A DNA stretch of 64,000 bases from Phaeosaccion multiseriatum (lineage: Eukaryota; Protista; Ochrophyta, other classes). Below the pieces are notes generated by a model. The model did not search any database. It was given only the letters and a program-made list of their open reading frames with translations, and was not told the DNA's origin. Below are positions 21,216-32,400 of this stretch, piece after piece. The translations under genes were made by a program, and so were the position numbers. The stretch lies in contig OZ218961.1 in the NCBI GenBank assembly GCA_965112735.1, forward strand, positions 1,798,001 to 1,862,000. The letters are read 5' to 3'. Position 1 is the first letter of the stretch; each line of letters opens with the position of its first letter.

Positions 21216-22079
21216 TGATGATGTACACATTTAGAAGGCGGCATGGCCGATTGCCGATGGTGGAGCAGGAGGGAGGGAGGGAGGGAGGGAAGGAGGGAGG
21301 AAGGGCCGCGGGCGGCGAAGGAGGGGTGGATTGGCATCAAGAACGAGGGGGTCGACTCGCTCGACTTGTGAAGGAGTGGGGGTACGTACATGTTGAGAGA
21401 GAGAGAGAGGAGGGCGACCATTTTGTTCGTTAAAATAAATGTATCTGACTGAGTATGGTGTCGGACAGAAAGTAAAAAAAAGTGTCGTGTATGGCATTCA
21501 TTGTTCATCACATTGATTTTGTTTTTTGGGGTTGAGATGGGCAAAGAAAAGTGAAAGTTGTTGCTTGTATGTTGTGCATCTTTGCACCACGTCATCATTT
21601 GAGACACGCCAAACAAAGCTTAACAAAGCTTGGTCTTGTTTCTTCTTCCCTTCCCCCCAAGTGACTCTATAAGCAGCCAAGAGCAGCAGCAACTAAGCAG
21701 AGCAGTGGAGCACCGCACAAAAGGCGTGCGCTTCCTCCTCCTCCTCCTCCTCCTCCTCCTCCTCTCGAGCCTGGTCCTTCATAACTCACTGACTGACTTG
21801 ACCAGTCCGTCGCTATTCATCCTCTCAGACTGACTGACTGATTGACTGACCGACTTGACTGGTCCTGAGTGAGTGTTTGTGGTGACACTCCGTTCACGCC
21901 CCTCCGAGTTTCTCCCGAGTCCTTAAGCCTAGAGGGTCCTCTCTCTCTTTGCAAGAACAGGACGGGACGAGTCACAAGCTCCTCGCATCTATGCCTCCAT
22001 ATATATAATATATATATATATTATATATATATATTATATACATATATATGTGTGTGTGTAAGTTTATGTAACTGCATGC

Positions 22080-22660
22080 GCCGGCTGCCTGTAGACGTTG
22101 GATGCCTTTGATCGGGGAGGGGAGAGGGGAGAGCGAGAAAATTGGTGAGGAAGGATGAAAGGGTGGGGGGAGATGTGACGAGGGAGGAAGGAGGGCGTAA
22201 TGAGGAAATACCATTGATTGCAAACACTGCGATCATACTGTTAAGAGAGGGGGCAAAGGGGGAAATGAGGAGATGGAAGTGAAAAGAAATGTCGAATGGG
22301 GTCTTTACGCTCACGGGGCGAGAACCCCGAGGGGGACTTGGGCACACCGTCGCTATATTTACCACCTGTTTCTCTGGGCTGTCCAGTAGCGCTGCAGAGC
22401 CAAGGGGGAGGGCTGAGCAGTGACTCTAAAAAGGCAGCCGCACACAAAGGCAAAAGACAATCAATAAATCAACAATCCCAGAAATCCCACATACAAGTTG
22501 GGGCCCAAATGATCACCGGGTTGCTCCCCTCCTCACACAAGCCAACACGCGCGCTCACTCACTCCCTTAGTTAGTTACTCACCGAGAATCGTCACCACGC
22601 CGCATAGACTTGGGCGACACAGAGCTCATAGAAGGCCTTCATGCCATGTTCTCCTTCGCC
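22080..22660 (-). pseudogene. Decayed duplicate of the carrier gene's exon4-intron-exon5 unit
   Basis: AAGGCCTTCTA...GTCTATGCGGCGTGGTG...G|GTGAGT (donor 22582) resembles the real AAGGCCTTCTA...GTCTGTGCAGCGTGGTG...G|GTGAGT. AG|GCATCCAA (acceptor 22106) resembles the real AG|GTATCCAA. The reading frame is disrupted. Confidence 0.65.
22287..22441 (-). ncRNA. Putative box H/ACA snoRNA, copy A (inside a duplicated intron downstream of the carrier stop codon)
   Basis: The minus strand folds as hairpin (GGCTG...CAGCC), then H box AGAGAA (22375-22370), then hairpin (CGGGG-TTCTCG-CCCCG apex), then ACA-TTT (22292-22287). It is 181/182 identical to copy B. Confidence 0.6.
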
Positions 22661-22775
22661 AGACATCAAAAAAGACATGTGTAGAAGGAAGAGTGGTATG
22701 CCGAAAGCCCGCTACTCCCTCACTCCCTCCCTCCCTTGTATGGAGAGGTTAGCAGAACATACCAGGGTTCAGCAC

Positions 22776-25367
22776 TTAACGCGCCGGAGCGCCTCTCCCC
22801 GCACCCTGCTTCTGCTGATACTGTGTGATGAAGGTGATCAAATCCGCCACCGCCGTGGGCGTCTGTCTGTCCTCCCTAAGCAAGAGAAGCCTCTCCCTCT
22901 CCTCCTCCAACATCAGCTGCTCACTCTTGGTCATCCTCTTCCTCTTTTCACCCTTGCCCTTACCCTTGCTGGTGCTGCTGGCTGGTGCTGGCAATGCCCC
23001 CTTGCGAGGGAGGAGCACCGGGGAGGAGCTGGCACCCTCTCTGGACAGGAGGCCCTGCCCCGACAAAGCCCCGACGCTCGCCTTGTGCTCTCTGTCGGCC
23101 TCCTGCCTCGCTCGAAGGCCGATGAGCCGCTTCTTTGAAGCCTCGTAAATGCCGAATTGGATACCTGGAGGAGGAGGAGGAGGAGGAGGGGGAGGGGAAG
23201 AGGAAGGAAGAGGAGGAGGAGAAGAAGGAGGGGTGAGTAATGCACTGGATTGCGCACGGTACTTAGGAGGGGGGGGGTGAGTGAGAGGAGATGGAAGTGA
23301 AAAGAAATGTCGAATGGGGTCTTTACGCTCACGGGGCGAGAACCCCGAGGGGGACTTGGGCACACCGTCGCTATATTTACCACCTGTCTCTCTGGGCTGT
23401 CCAGTAGCGCTGCAGAGCCAAGGGGGAGGGCTGAGCAGTGACTCTAAAAAGGCAGCCGCACACAAACGCAGTCCCAAGGCAATCCCATCGTGTGAACTCC
23501 CCCCTCACCCAAGCCCCCACGCACTCCCTCCCTCCCTCCGTCCCTCACACACCAACCACCCCCCCCCCCCTCCCTCCCACACTCACTCACCCATCATAGG
23601 CACCACGCTGCACAGACGAGGCAGAAGGGACCGGTAGAAGGCCTTGACGCCCTCCTCCTTGGCGACTTTGCGGATGCAGTCCACCACTCCCTTGTAGGCC
23701 AAGTTACCCGCCTGCACCATGGTGGATATGCATTAACGAAGGATGGGTTTTTAAAAACAGGTTAGCGGTGGTGGAAAGGGGAACGGGTGACGGAGGTACT
23801 TGCGTTAGGTAATAAACTTCCGCGGTGTCTCAAGGTTCACGTTGCCGTATGGTTCATGTGTATGCTCATGTTGCATCGCACCTCGTCTGCTACTTGTGTA
23901 ACGATGCGTGTCTTGACCGTGTCCAGCGGGATCATGAGACACACGGTGGCCCCCGCCCCTGCCGCCCCGAGCAAAAAGTTCTCCGTATCTGTGGCCTTTC
24001 GACCCGTCTTGCGAAAGTGAAGCTCCTTGAATTGCTGGAAGAAGACCCAAGTGAGGCTGTAGCTCGGGATCTTTTGCACCAGGGAGGCGCTCCAGCCGCG
24101 GTAGAAGCCAGCTACCCCTTGCTCTCGGGCGATGGTGCGGACTCCGGTGAATAGGTTGGGGTACACACCTGAGAGAGTGAGTGAGGGAGGGAGAGGGAGA
24201 GAGTGAGAGGGAGCGAAGTGAGTGAGTCAGTGAGTGAGTGAGTGAGTGGGGGAGTGAGTGAGGGAGGGAGTGCGTGAGGTAGTGCGTGAGAGGAGAGAAT
24301 GGAGTGTGAGGAGTGAGTGTGATGAGTGAGAAGCGTGAGTAAGTGAGATGAGAAGACCCCCCTCTCTATCTGTACCTCTGTCTATCTATATGTATACCCA
24401 GAGCTCTCTCTCTCTCTCTTTGTCACTCACCAGCCATGATTCGATCCGTGATTACCATCTGCGGAGTGCTAACTACCGAGCAGATGGTAGTGGCCACTGC
24501 TGAGCTGAAGAAGTCCACAAGGAAGCCCGCCTTGCCCTCGCAGGGCACATATTTGGAGGTTAAGTCCTTCACTGCCTCCACCGTCGCGAAGCTGAAGGCT
24601 CCGTGCGGCAGGGAGAGGATGAATTGAGCCCCCGCGCCTCGGGTGAGGGTCTTGAAGATGGTACGAGAGGTGAGGGAGCTGAGCTGTTGAGCGGTGTCCT
24701 TGCCCTGCAGGAGCGTCTTGACCACGTTCAAGGGTTGCATGACTGCGGTGGGGGGTTGAATGGGGGCAGGCAAGAGGAGCAGCAGGAGGAGGACCAATAT
24801 AGGGAGAGACGTGAGTGAGCGGGGTTCCTCCAGCTTCAAGGCAGCCCCTTGCGCAACCGTACAATTCGTTCTAGGGTGCCTCTGCCTACTACCCACCCCG
24901 AGTCCCGGCTACTAAAGCATGTGCATCCTCGCGGTGGCGAAGGTCTCACCTGTCTGCGCCACACTCCGCGAGACTGCTCCGGCAATCATGGAGTCGAAGA
25001 AGGACACATGAGTCTGCGCTCCCTCCACACGCTTCCCCTTTTTGGAAGCCGGCGGTGCAGGAGGCAGCAAGACCTCCACCTCCTCCTTGCTTGTTCGCTG
25101 CTTCAATTGCTGTCGCAGCCCTCCCCACTGTTGCCGGCCCCATCCCCTGAGCATCTCTCCCGACCCCTGTGAACCCTCAGACCTGCTCCTTTTGTGAGGC
25201 AGTTGCGTGGTGGTGGATAGGACCGGCACACTTCTGCCCAGCGCCCCTGGGATGGAAGAGGCAGCTCCAACGAACGCAAGCATCACTCCAGGAAGCAGCA
25301 TCGCCACCCTCGCTCTCTTCGTACGGCTGCGCCGAGGCCTCACACGCTCTGAAGCGTTGGAACTCAT
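22776..25367 (-). CDS. Mitochondrial carrier family (SLC25) protein, SAM-carrier/MFL1-like, with N-terminal extension (possibly plastid-targeted)
   Basis: Five exons with three carrier repeats: QPLNVVKT, TPQMVITD..GVAGFYRG, IPLDTVKTR..YKGVVDCIRKVAKEEGVKAFYR..IQFGIYE. The start could be 25367 or 25301 (MLLPGVMLAFVGAASS looks like a signal peptide). Confidence 0.85.
23305..23459 (-). ncRNA. Putative box H/ACA snoRNA, copy B (in the last intron, 23590-23165, of the carrier gene)
   Basis: Same sequence as copy A except one base, which changes the H box to AGAGAG. It is intronic and in the sense orientation of the host gene. Confidence 0.55.
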
Positions 25368-26170
25368 GTCGAACAAAATCCTGCTTGCGGGGTTCCTGTC
25401 CACCGCAAAGCAGCAGCGGTAGCAGTAGCACACCTATCTATATTGATGGACCCCACCAACGCCTCTCTTCCCCCCACCACACGCCTTTTTTCCGGAAATA
25501 TGAGGTTTGCTCTTTGAGAACCACAAACACAGGCGCTCGAGGAAGGAGAGAAGGCTTCTCCTCCTTCTTCGGCGGGGAAGACTCTTCGACCTTATCCAGT
25601 AGAGAGCTGAGTTCAAGTCGCGATGAAGAGTGGAAGGAGTGGAAGGGGAGAAAGAGAAGCCAAGCTGTGGCTGTGGGGTTGATTGAAAGGTGTGTGCCGT
25701 TTTGCGAGGGCAAAAAACTGAAAGTTCGTACGTACCCGCAAGACCCCCCCGGCCCTCCGCGGCCGTGGGGAATATTCGAAGTGCCCCCGCTCTCGCTCTC
25801 CCTTCTCTGCCCCCCCTTTGCTCTTGTGCAGCTTGCTGTATGGAGGTCAGAGGAATAAGACGGTCGAGATATTTGAATCTCCCTTTTTTATTTCTTCTCG
25901 AGTCTTGGCTCCAGAAATAACAGAGACAATGAAAGAGGAGGAGGGGAAGAAAAGACCCCACGACTCAAGCACTTCTGCCGCTTGCTTGAGCAGTATGCCT
26001 GTCGAAGTCCTTTTGGGAGCTTTGATCCACTCAACAGCAAGGGTGAGAAAGGGAGGAAGAGGGGGAGGGAGAGAGAGAGAGACGGCAGACAAGAGATGGA
26101 AAGAGGCAGCGTAGAGGCGAAGGCAAGGAACTGAGGAGAAGCGAAGAGAGCAAGTGGAGGCGGATGCAAG

Positions 26171-28673
26171 ATGCAACGGAAAATCCCCTCCAAACTCTTC
26201 TTGTCCCTCCTTCCCTCAGCCCCTTTCCTCCTCCGTTGCGCCACCGAGCAGGACCTGCGTGCGCTGTCGTGCGTGTGCAAGCAAGAGCCTGGGAACTCCT
26301 CTTTCCCTGACGCTCGAGCCTGTAGTCGCGCAGCAGGTAAGACTAGAGGACAAAATAGCTCCTGTTGACCAGTGTTAGCCCCTTTTAGCCCCTATTTCCT
26401 CGCTACGAGGCCATCTCTTCTCCCCACTAATTAACTTGCCTTCCTCCCTCCTCTCTTGCCCAGATCTGCTCCTATTATGGGCGGAGTAGCCCCCGTCTTC
26501 GAGCCGACTGCCCAAAGTGGCGAAGGTCCTTGGACACTCTTCGCGTCGCTGAGCTTCAGCACATCAGCTGGATGCTCAGCAGGGGAGGGGACGCCACAGT
26601 GGGCTACTGGGTGAGACAGAGTGAAGACGATGCTCTCCGTTCTTTTTCACGTATGCAATTGTACTTCTACCGTTCTACCCTTGCTTTGTCTTGACCATGA
26701 AGCCTGACCTCTTCCAACGGCACCGGTACCTTCACAGGTGAGCCGGACTTGGAGCCAAAACCTGAGGCGCTATGCGGAGGGAGAGAGTCGCCGGCAGCAG
26801 CAGCAGCAGGAGCAGGAGCAGCAGCAGGAGAAGAAGAAGCTCGTTGGTGGCAGCGGCGGGCCGAAGGTCTCTCCTCAAAAGCCGAAGCGGGGCAGGCTCA
26901 GAACGGGTAAGCGGTGGCTGGCTGCTTCCATTCATTCATACTGAGGCCCCCCTTTCTCTTTGGACTCTTTGCCCGGACTAACTACCTCACTCACTCACTC
27001 ACTCACTCACTCACTGCCTCGCTTACCGATTGCAGAGAGCAACGTGATGCCTCCCTGGCCCAACGCCAATGAGGACATTCAGTGCTCCGTGCATGGCGGC
27101 CTGCGAGGCAGGGGGAGGCAGGCTGCGTCAGACCCAAACGCTTCCCCCTTCAAGGTGAAGCGGAATGCTGTGGAGGTTCCAGTATGGGAAGCATTGCGGC
27201 GGCTCTTCCCGAACAGTACCCCCTTCGAGGTGCGGTCCAGCGGCGCACGTGGGGCCAGACTTGCTTACAAACCAGAAGAAAGGGAAATGGCACAACGATT
27301 GGTGCTTCATCTTGGGTCCTGACACTCACTCTTGAGTCTGTCTCATTCTCATTCATTCATCTCGATAGATAGATATCCTATACCCTCTCACTCACCACGG
27401 CCTTGTCTGATTGCTTGCCGTCTGTCCTGTCTCACCTCGCTCGGCTGTGACTAACTGCTTTTGGTTCGCAGACAAGGGAGGGGCCGTGCGCGGGCTGCGG
27501 CGACAAGAAAGCAGCAGCCAAGGCTGTTGAGGAGAAGGTGCGTGCAGGCATGTAGGTGTATGGGCAGGCAGGCTAGAGACAGGCAGACAGATAGATAGAC
27601 AGGCAGGCAGTAGATTGAAACGCATGCATGCGTGTGTTTCCATCACCTCTTTATCTTTGAGGTTCTTCTACACGTCCCTCAAGGCATCTCTCTGTGGGGC
27701 GCTGCCATACCTCCCTCAAATCTCCCTCTCCCTCTCTCCGGTTGCCCACCCCTCACTCGCTCCCTCCCTCCCTCCCTCCCTCTCCCCCCTCCTCCCTCTC
27801 CCTCCGTCCCTCTCCTTCCCTCGTCCCTCCTCCCTCCCTGCTGGATGTGGGTGCACAGGTTCTTGAGAGCCGCCTTGTGGAGATTCAGCACCCCATTCTC
27901 AGAAAGCTCGCCTCTCGGAAGGGAGGAGTGCCCCCCTGGGCCTTACGTAGCAGCAGCAGCAGCAGCAGCAGCAGCGGTGACGCAAGCTCCACCCCTACCG
28001 CCGCCGGAGTAGCAGATGCAGCAGGGGCAGGGCTCTTCTCGCTCCTGCCGGGTATATACCAGCTGGTGCCTCGGTGCTTCCTGCAGGCCTGGAGAGGTTA
28101 CCTCAAGGACCCGAGGGCTCCTCTCCCACACATGCTAGACTTGTCCATGTTTCTCTGTGAGGGCCATGGCTTACTGCTTGTGCCTCCCCACTTGGAGGAG
28201 TGGCTGAGTGGGGAGAGAAGGAGTCTGCTCTCGGGCCGTACGGAAGACAGGTGAGTGGCAATTGATGGGGAGGGGAGGTGGAGGGGAAGAGAGGTGGCAT
28301 GGTAGTGGATGGGGAGGGGGTGACATGATCAGAGAGAGAGAGGGAGAGAGAGAGCAATGAAGGAGGCGCTGCGACGGCTCCAACCCCCCCCCCCCTTCCC
28401 CTCCCTTTCCCTACCCGCCTGGTGTTGTGTGGCGTTCTGGTGTCGTGGTGCTCTTCTCCAATCTCCCGCAGTGGCGTGGCGTGCGAGATTGTAACCGACG
28501 AGGAGTGGGAGAGGCTGACTCAGCTGTACGCGTGTGAGCTCGGCGTGCGCTTCCTCATCCCTCCTGAGAGGCATGAGAGCGTACAGTGGAGCGTACAGCG
28601 CTGCTTGCGGTGCCACTCCGGCTACATTGGGGACATACTCGACACGTGCAAGAGTCGAAAGGCGTCCTTCTGA
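26171..28673 (+). CDS. F-box-like N-terminus plus tandem USP48-type DUSP domains, with no catalytic USP domain; 5' structure unresolved
   Basis: 'DLRALSCVCKQ' is F-box-like. DUSP1: 'YWVSRTWSQNLRRY..NEDIQCSVHGGL..VWEALRRLFP..CAGC'. DUSP2: 'YQLVPRCFLQAWRGY..FLCEGHGLL..VTDEEWERLTQLY..CLRC'. An in-frame TAG lies at 26487-26489 in the simplest splice model. Confidence 0.62.
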
Positions 28674-28844
28674 TGTGATGTGGGTGTGGTGGGTGTGTGA
28701 TGCGACGTAAACAAGTCGGTCGACGCCTGAGCTATCAATTGGTAGATGGTAGTCGGAAGGAGAAAAGGAAAGGCAAAAGAGACTAGTAGCCCCTCTTTGA
28801 GGGGTGGGGAGGTTGGCTGACCGATCGAGAGTCCTTTGTTGATG

Positions 28845-29111
28845 TCGGCTCCAGGCGAGGTTTCTCGGGCTTTAGGCTTCTGGGCCGTAGCCCCCTCCAG
28901 GCTTCGGGCTTCTGGCCGCAGGCCAGCGCAGGCTTCTGGCCGCAGGCCAGTGGTCAGGCTTCAGGCTTCTCAGGCTGGGAGAAAAATGGGGGACTTGGCA
29001 GGTTTCTCGCTACTTTCTGCAGGCTTCTGGCCGCAGGCTTCTTACTTTCGGCCGCAGGCCGCCGCAGGCTTCTGCTTTATCGGGGGCCCGAGAAACCTCG
29101 CCTGGAGCCGA
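28845..29111. mobile_element. MITE / non-autonomous TIR element, 267 bp
   Basis: Perfect 26-bp terminal inverted repeats TCGGCTCCAGGCGAGGTTTCTCGGGC (28845-28870) and its reverse complement (29086-29111). Flanked by a 6-bp direct repeat TTGATG (28839-28844 and 29112-29117). Internal CAGGCTTC/GGCCGCAGG subrepeats. Confidence 0.88.
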
Positions 29112-29467
29112 TTGATGGGGAGACTGAACAGTGAACATTGTTCTGTTTGCTGCTGCTGGCGAGCGAAACGGCCCTGCCGGTGCCGAAAAGTTTCTCCCCA
29201 AATTACGTACGCTTACGTATTTTTATATTTTTGTCCTGACACCCCGGGTGGAAGCCTTTGCTTTTTTTCTCCCCTCTCGCTGACAAACTGCCTCCACCTT
29301 TTGCTCTTCCTGTCGGGGGAAGGAACGGGTGGAGCCCTGTTGCCTGCCGAGAAGATACACGCAAGAGGATCTTTGAAGTAGAAGCTCGGTTTTGTTTATG
29401 CTTTCCTGCCGGCGCAAGAGCCGGTGAGCAGAGGGGACATTCAGAGAGCACACGAGTCGACGAGGGA

Positions 29468-32400
29468 ATGGGTGACGGCAAGGGGGGCAGAAGAACAGAC
29501 GCCATGGCACCGTTTGCTGCTGGAGAGAGAAGGGCGTCGACCGGTAGCAGCGGCAGCAGCAACAACGGCAGGCGACCTTCAAGCGAGTCTCTGAGGGGGC
29601 GGTTGGGTGGGTCGGGCAGTAGAGCCTCCCCTTCCTCCGCCGCGGTTGCTGCAGCTGCGGCTGTATCTTCTACTCCGGGCCTTCGACGTAAGCGAACAAT
29701 AAGCGGTTCCCCCGTCATCCACAACTCTTCCTCCTCCCCGCCCTCGCCCTCCCTTGCGGGAGCCATGGGAATGGTGCCACCATCCGGCCCGGCAACGCCT
29801 GCGAGGGGCGCTCGGGAGTGGAGGAGGCACAGCGTGGGAGTGGGAAGGAGAGACGGGGGTTTGGAGGGTGCGATGGGTAGAGGTCTTGACGGGAGCAGTG
29901 TGGGTAGCAGCCCAGCGGCGTCTATTGATCTGGGTCTGCGAGGTGGCATAAGCTCCTTCTGCAACCTCGACTCGATCGTCAGCAGCGTCAATGGCATCAA
30001 CAGCAGCAGTGGTCCCGCCCCGCTCTCTCAGCAGCGGCATTTCATGCACATGGGTGGGGGAGGGGAAAGGGACGTTCGCAGCGGTAGTGGGACTCTGCTC
30101 AGGAGGGACAGGGACAGCAGGCATGGTAGCAGCACCATCAGGAGCATCAGCAGCGAGATCAATGGGCGCCACAGTACAGGCGGCAGTAGTGGCGGGCGCG
30201 GTAGCGGCAGTATCGGGTCCGCTTCTCTGGATTCGGACATTTACAGCGACCGCTTCATACCAAGCCGGCGCGGCTCGCGGCTAGAGGAAGCTGCATCCAG
30301 CTTTGGGGGTGGTTCGGAGGAGGGCGGGGGAGGGGCGGGGAGGAACAGACTGTCGCAAGGCGGGGGGCGGAATAGTACGGATTCCTCCTCCAACGCCGGA
30401 GGAGGAGCCGGGGGGGCAGCAGCCGGGGCAGGAGGGGGCGGGAGGGGAGGAGGGGCAGCGGGTGCGCTGAACGGAGGCGCCACGACGGGAATTGTGGGAC
30501 CGACCACCCCCGCCGCCGCCGGAGGAGCCGCTGGAGGGGGCACCAATAGCGGAACGGCGGGGGCAGCAGGAAGTGGAGCGGCGAGTGGTAGTGCCAGCAT
30601 CAATGGGGACGGACAGCTCATCTTCAACACTCTTCTGGCCAGCGAGCTGTTGGGCCATGAGCACGCGTCAGCCATGTATCACAGCGCCAATAGCAACGGT
30701 GGCGGTGCAGTCGGGGCGGGGGCCGGTGGCAATGGGGGAAGTGCGGCGGCTAGTACGAACAGCGGCGCGGGGAGAGGGGGCGGGGGCGGGGGGGGAGGGG
30801 GAGGAGGAGGGGGAGGAGGAGGAGGAGGAGGAGGAGGAGGAGGAGGAGGAGGGGGCGGAGGCACGTCGAGAGACGCGTACGACACACCTTTCACCACACA
30901 TGGGTTGCGCAGGAGCAGCGGTGGGGGCAGTGTCCGAGGGAGCTCTCCGGTGAGCTCTGTGGGGGGCGCCGAGGGCGGAGGGGCAGCGGGGGCGAGCGGG
31001 GCGGGCGGCAGCGGAGGAGGAGGCGCCAAGGGAGGAAGTGGGGGATCACCCAACGTGTTTCGGTGAGTACGTAGTGTGCGGTGGTGGACAAAGAAAGGGG
31101 CGGCAGGAGAGGAGCTCTGGCCTCTGCCCAGGGAGAAAGGGAAGAGAGAGAGGCTTGGATGGCAATGGATGACCCCTGGTGTGAAGGGAGGGGAGGGTTG
31201 GATGGCAGTGGATGAGCTTTGGTCTCTGCCCAGGACGGGAGGGTGGGGAGGGGAGGGATGCGTAGGGGATGAGTTGTTGTCTCTCTGCCCTGGGGAAGGG
31301 AGAGGGGGATGGCAGTGGATGGGGATGATGGGAGTGCCTGTGAAGGCGCACGTGGCGGAGGCCAGGCTCTCACAGCGCTTGTCGCACCACTGGGGAGGAG
31401 GAGGAGAAGAAGAAGAAGAAGAAGAAGAAGAAGAAGAAGAAGAAGAAGGAGGAGGAGGAGGAGGAGGCGAAGGAGGAGAAAAAGAAGGGAGGAGGAGAAT
31501 GAGTGGCTCTGTTCCTTTCCCTTTCCCCCTCTTTGGATTGTTTTGGTGTGGTGGTGTCTTCAGGCAGCCAGAGAGAGGGAGAGAGAAGAGAGACACACAC
31601 TGAGATCTCGGCCCTTCCCTCGGGATTGACCCCGCACGTGCATGTCCTGTGTCCTCCTCCTCCTCCTCCTCCTCCTCCTCCTCCTCCTCCTCCTCCTCCT
31701 CCTCCTCCCTCCTCCTCCCTCCCTCCCTCCCTCCGCCCCTCCCTCCTTGACCTTCAATGAATGTTAACGCCAACACCGCTACCGCCTCCTCCTCCTCCTC
31801 CTCCTCCTCCTGCTCCTCCTCCCTCGCCCCTCTCAACCAATGCTTACCGCCGAACACCAACACAACAGCTTCAAGGCCTCACGCCGAAGCTACATGGAGG
31901 ATGTTGCTGAGAGCCTGCACAGCGGGACCAGGGCGGGGCTCAACCCCATCAGTCCCGGCTCGCAGCTCCTGTCCACCCCCCGTAAGTCCCTCCGCAAGAT
32001 CCCCAAGGTATGTGAACTGTAGGCTTTTAACATGCGAACGTCTTCAATAAGGACAGTGCTTGGGTTCTTCCAGTCTTCCTTCCTTCCTTCAATGTCCTTC
32101 TTCCATCTTTGTCATCCAGTTTCATTTTCAGTGTATTTGACCCTGCCTACCCAAACCCAAACACCAACCAGTGTATGTATCGGTATCCATTATCCTTCGG
32201 TGGCTTTTACTCGAACCCAAGTCCAAGCTGCCGTCTGAAGGCGAATGTCACCCTCCCTTTAACCCATCTAGTGCCATCTACTAAAAGTAGTGTCGTGTCG
32301 TCTCTTCCTTCCCTCTGCCCCCCTCCAAAGGTGCCCTTCAAGGTGCTCGATGCTCCGCAGCTTCAGGACGACTTTTACCTTAATCTCATTGACTGGTGCG

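Noticed and set aside
22287-22441. Identification as U17/snR30 or a spliceosomal snRNA
   Set aside because: The m1/m2 motifs (AUAUUCCUA, AAACCAU) and an Sm-site context are not visible.
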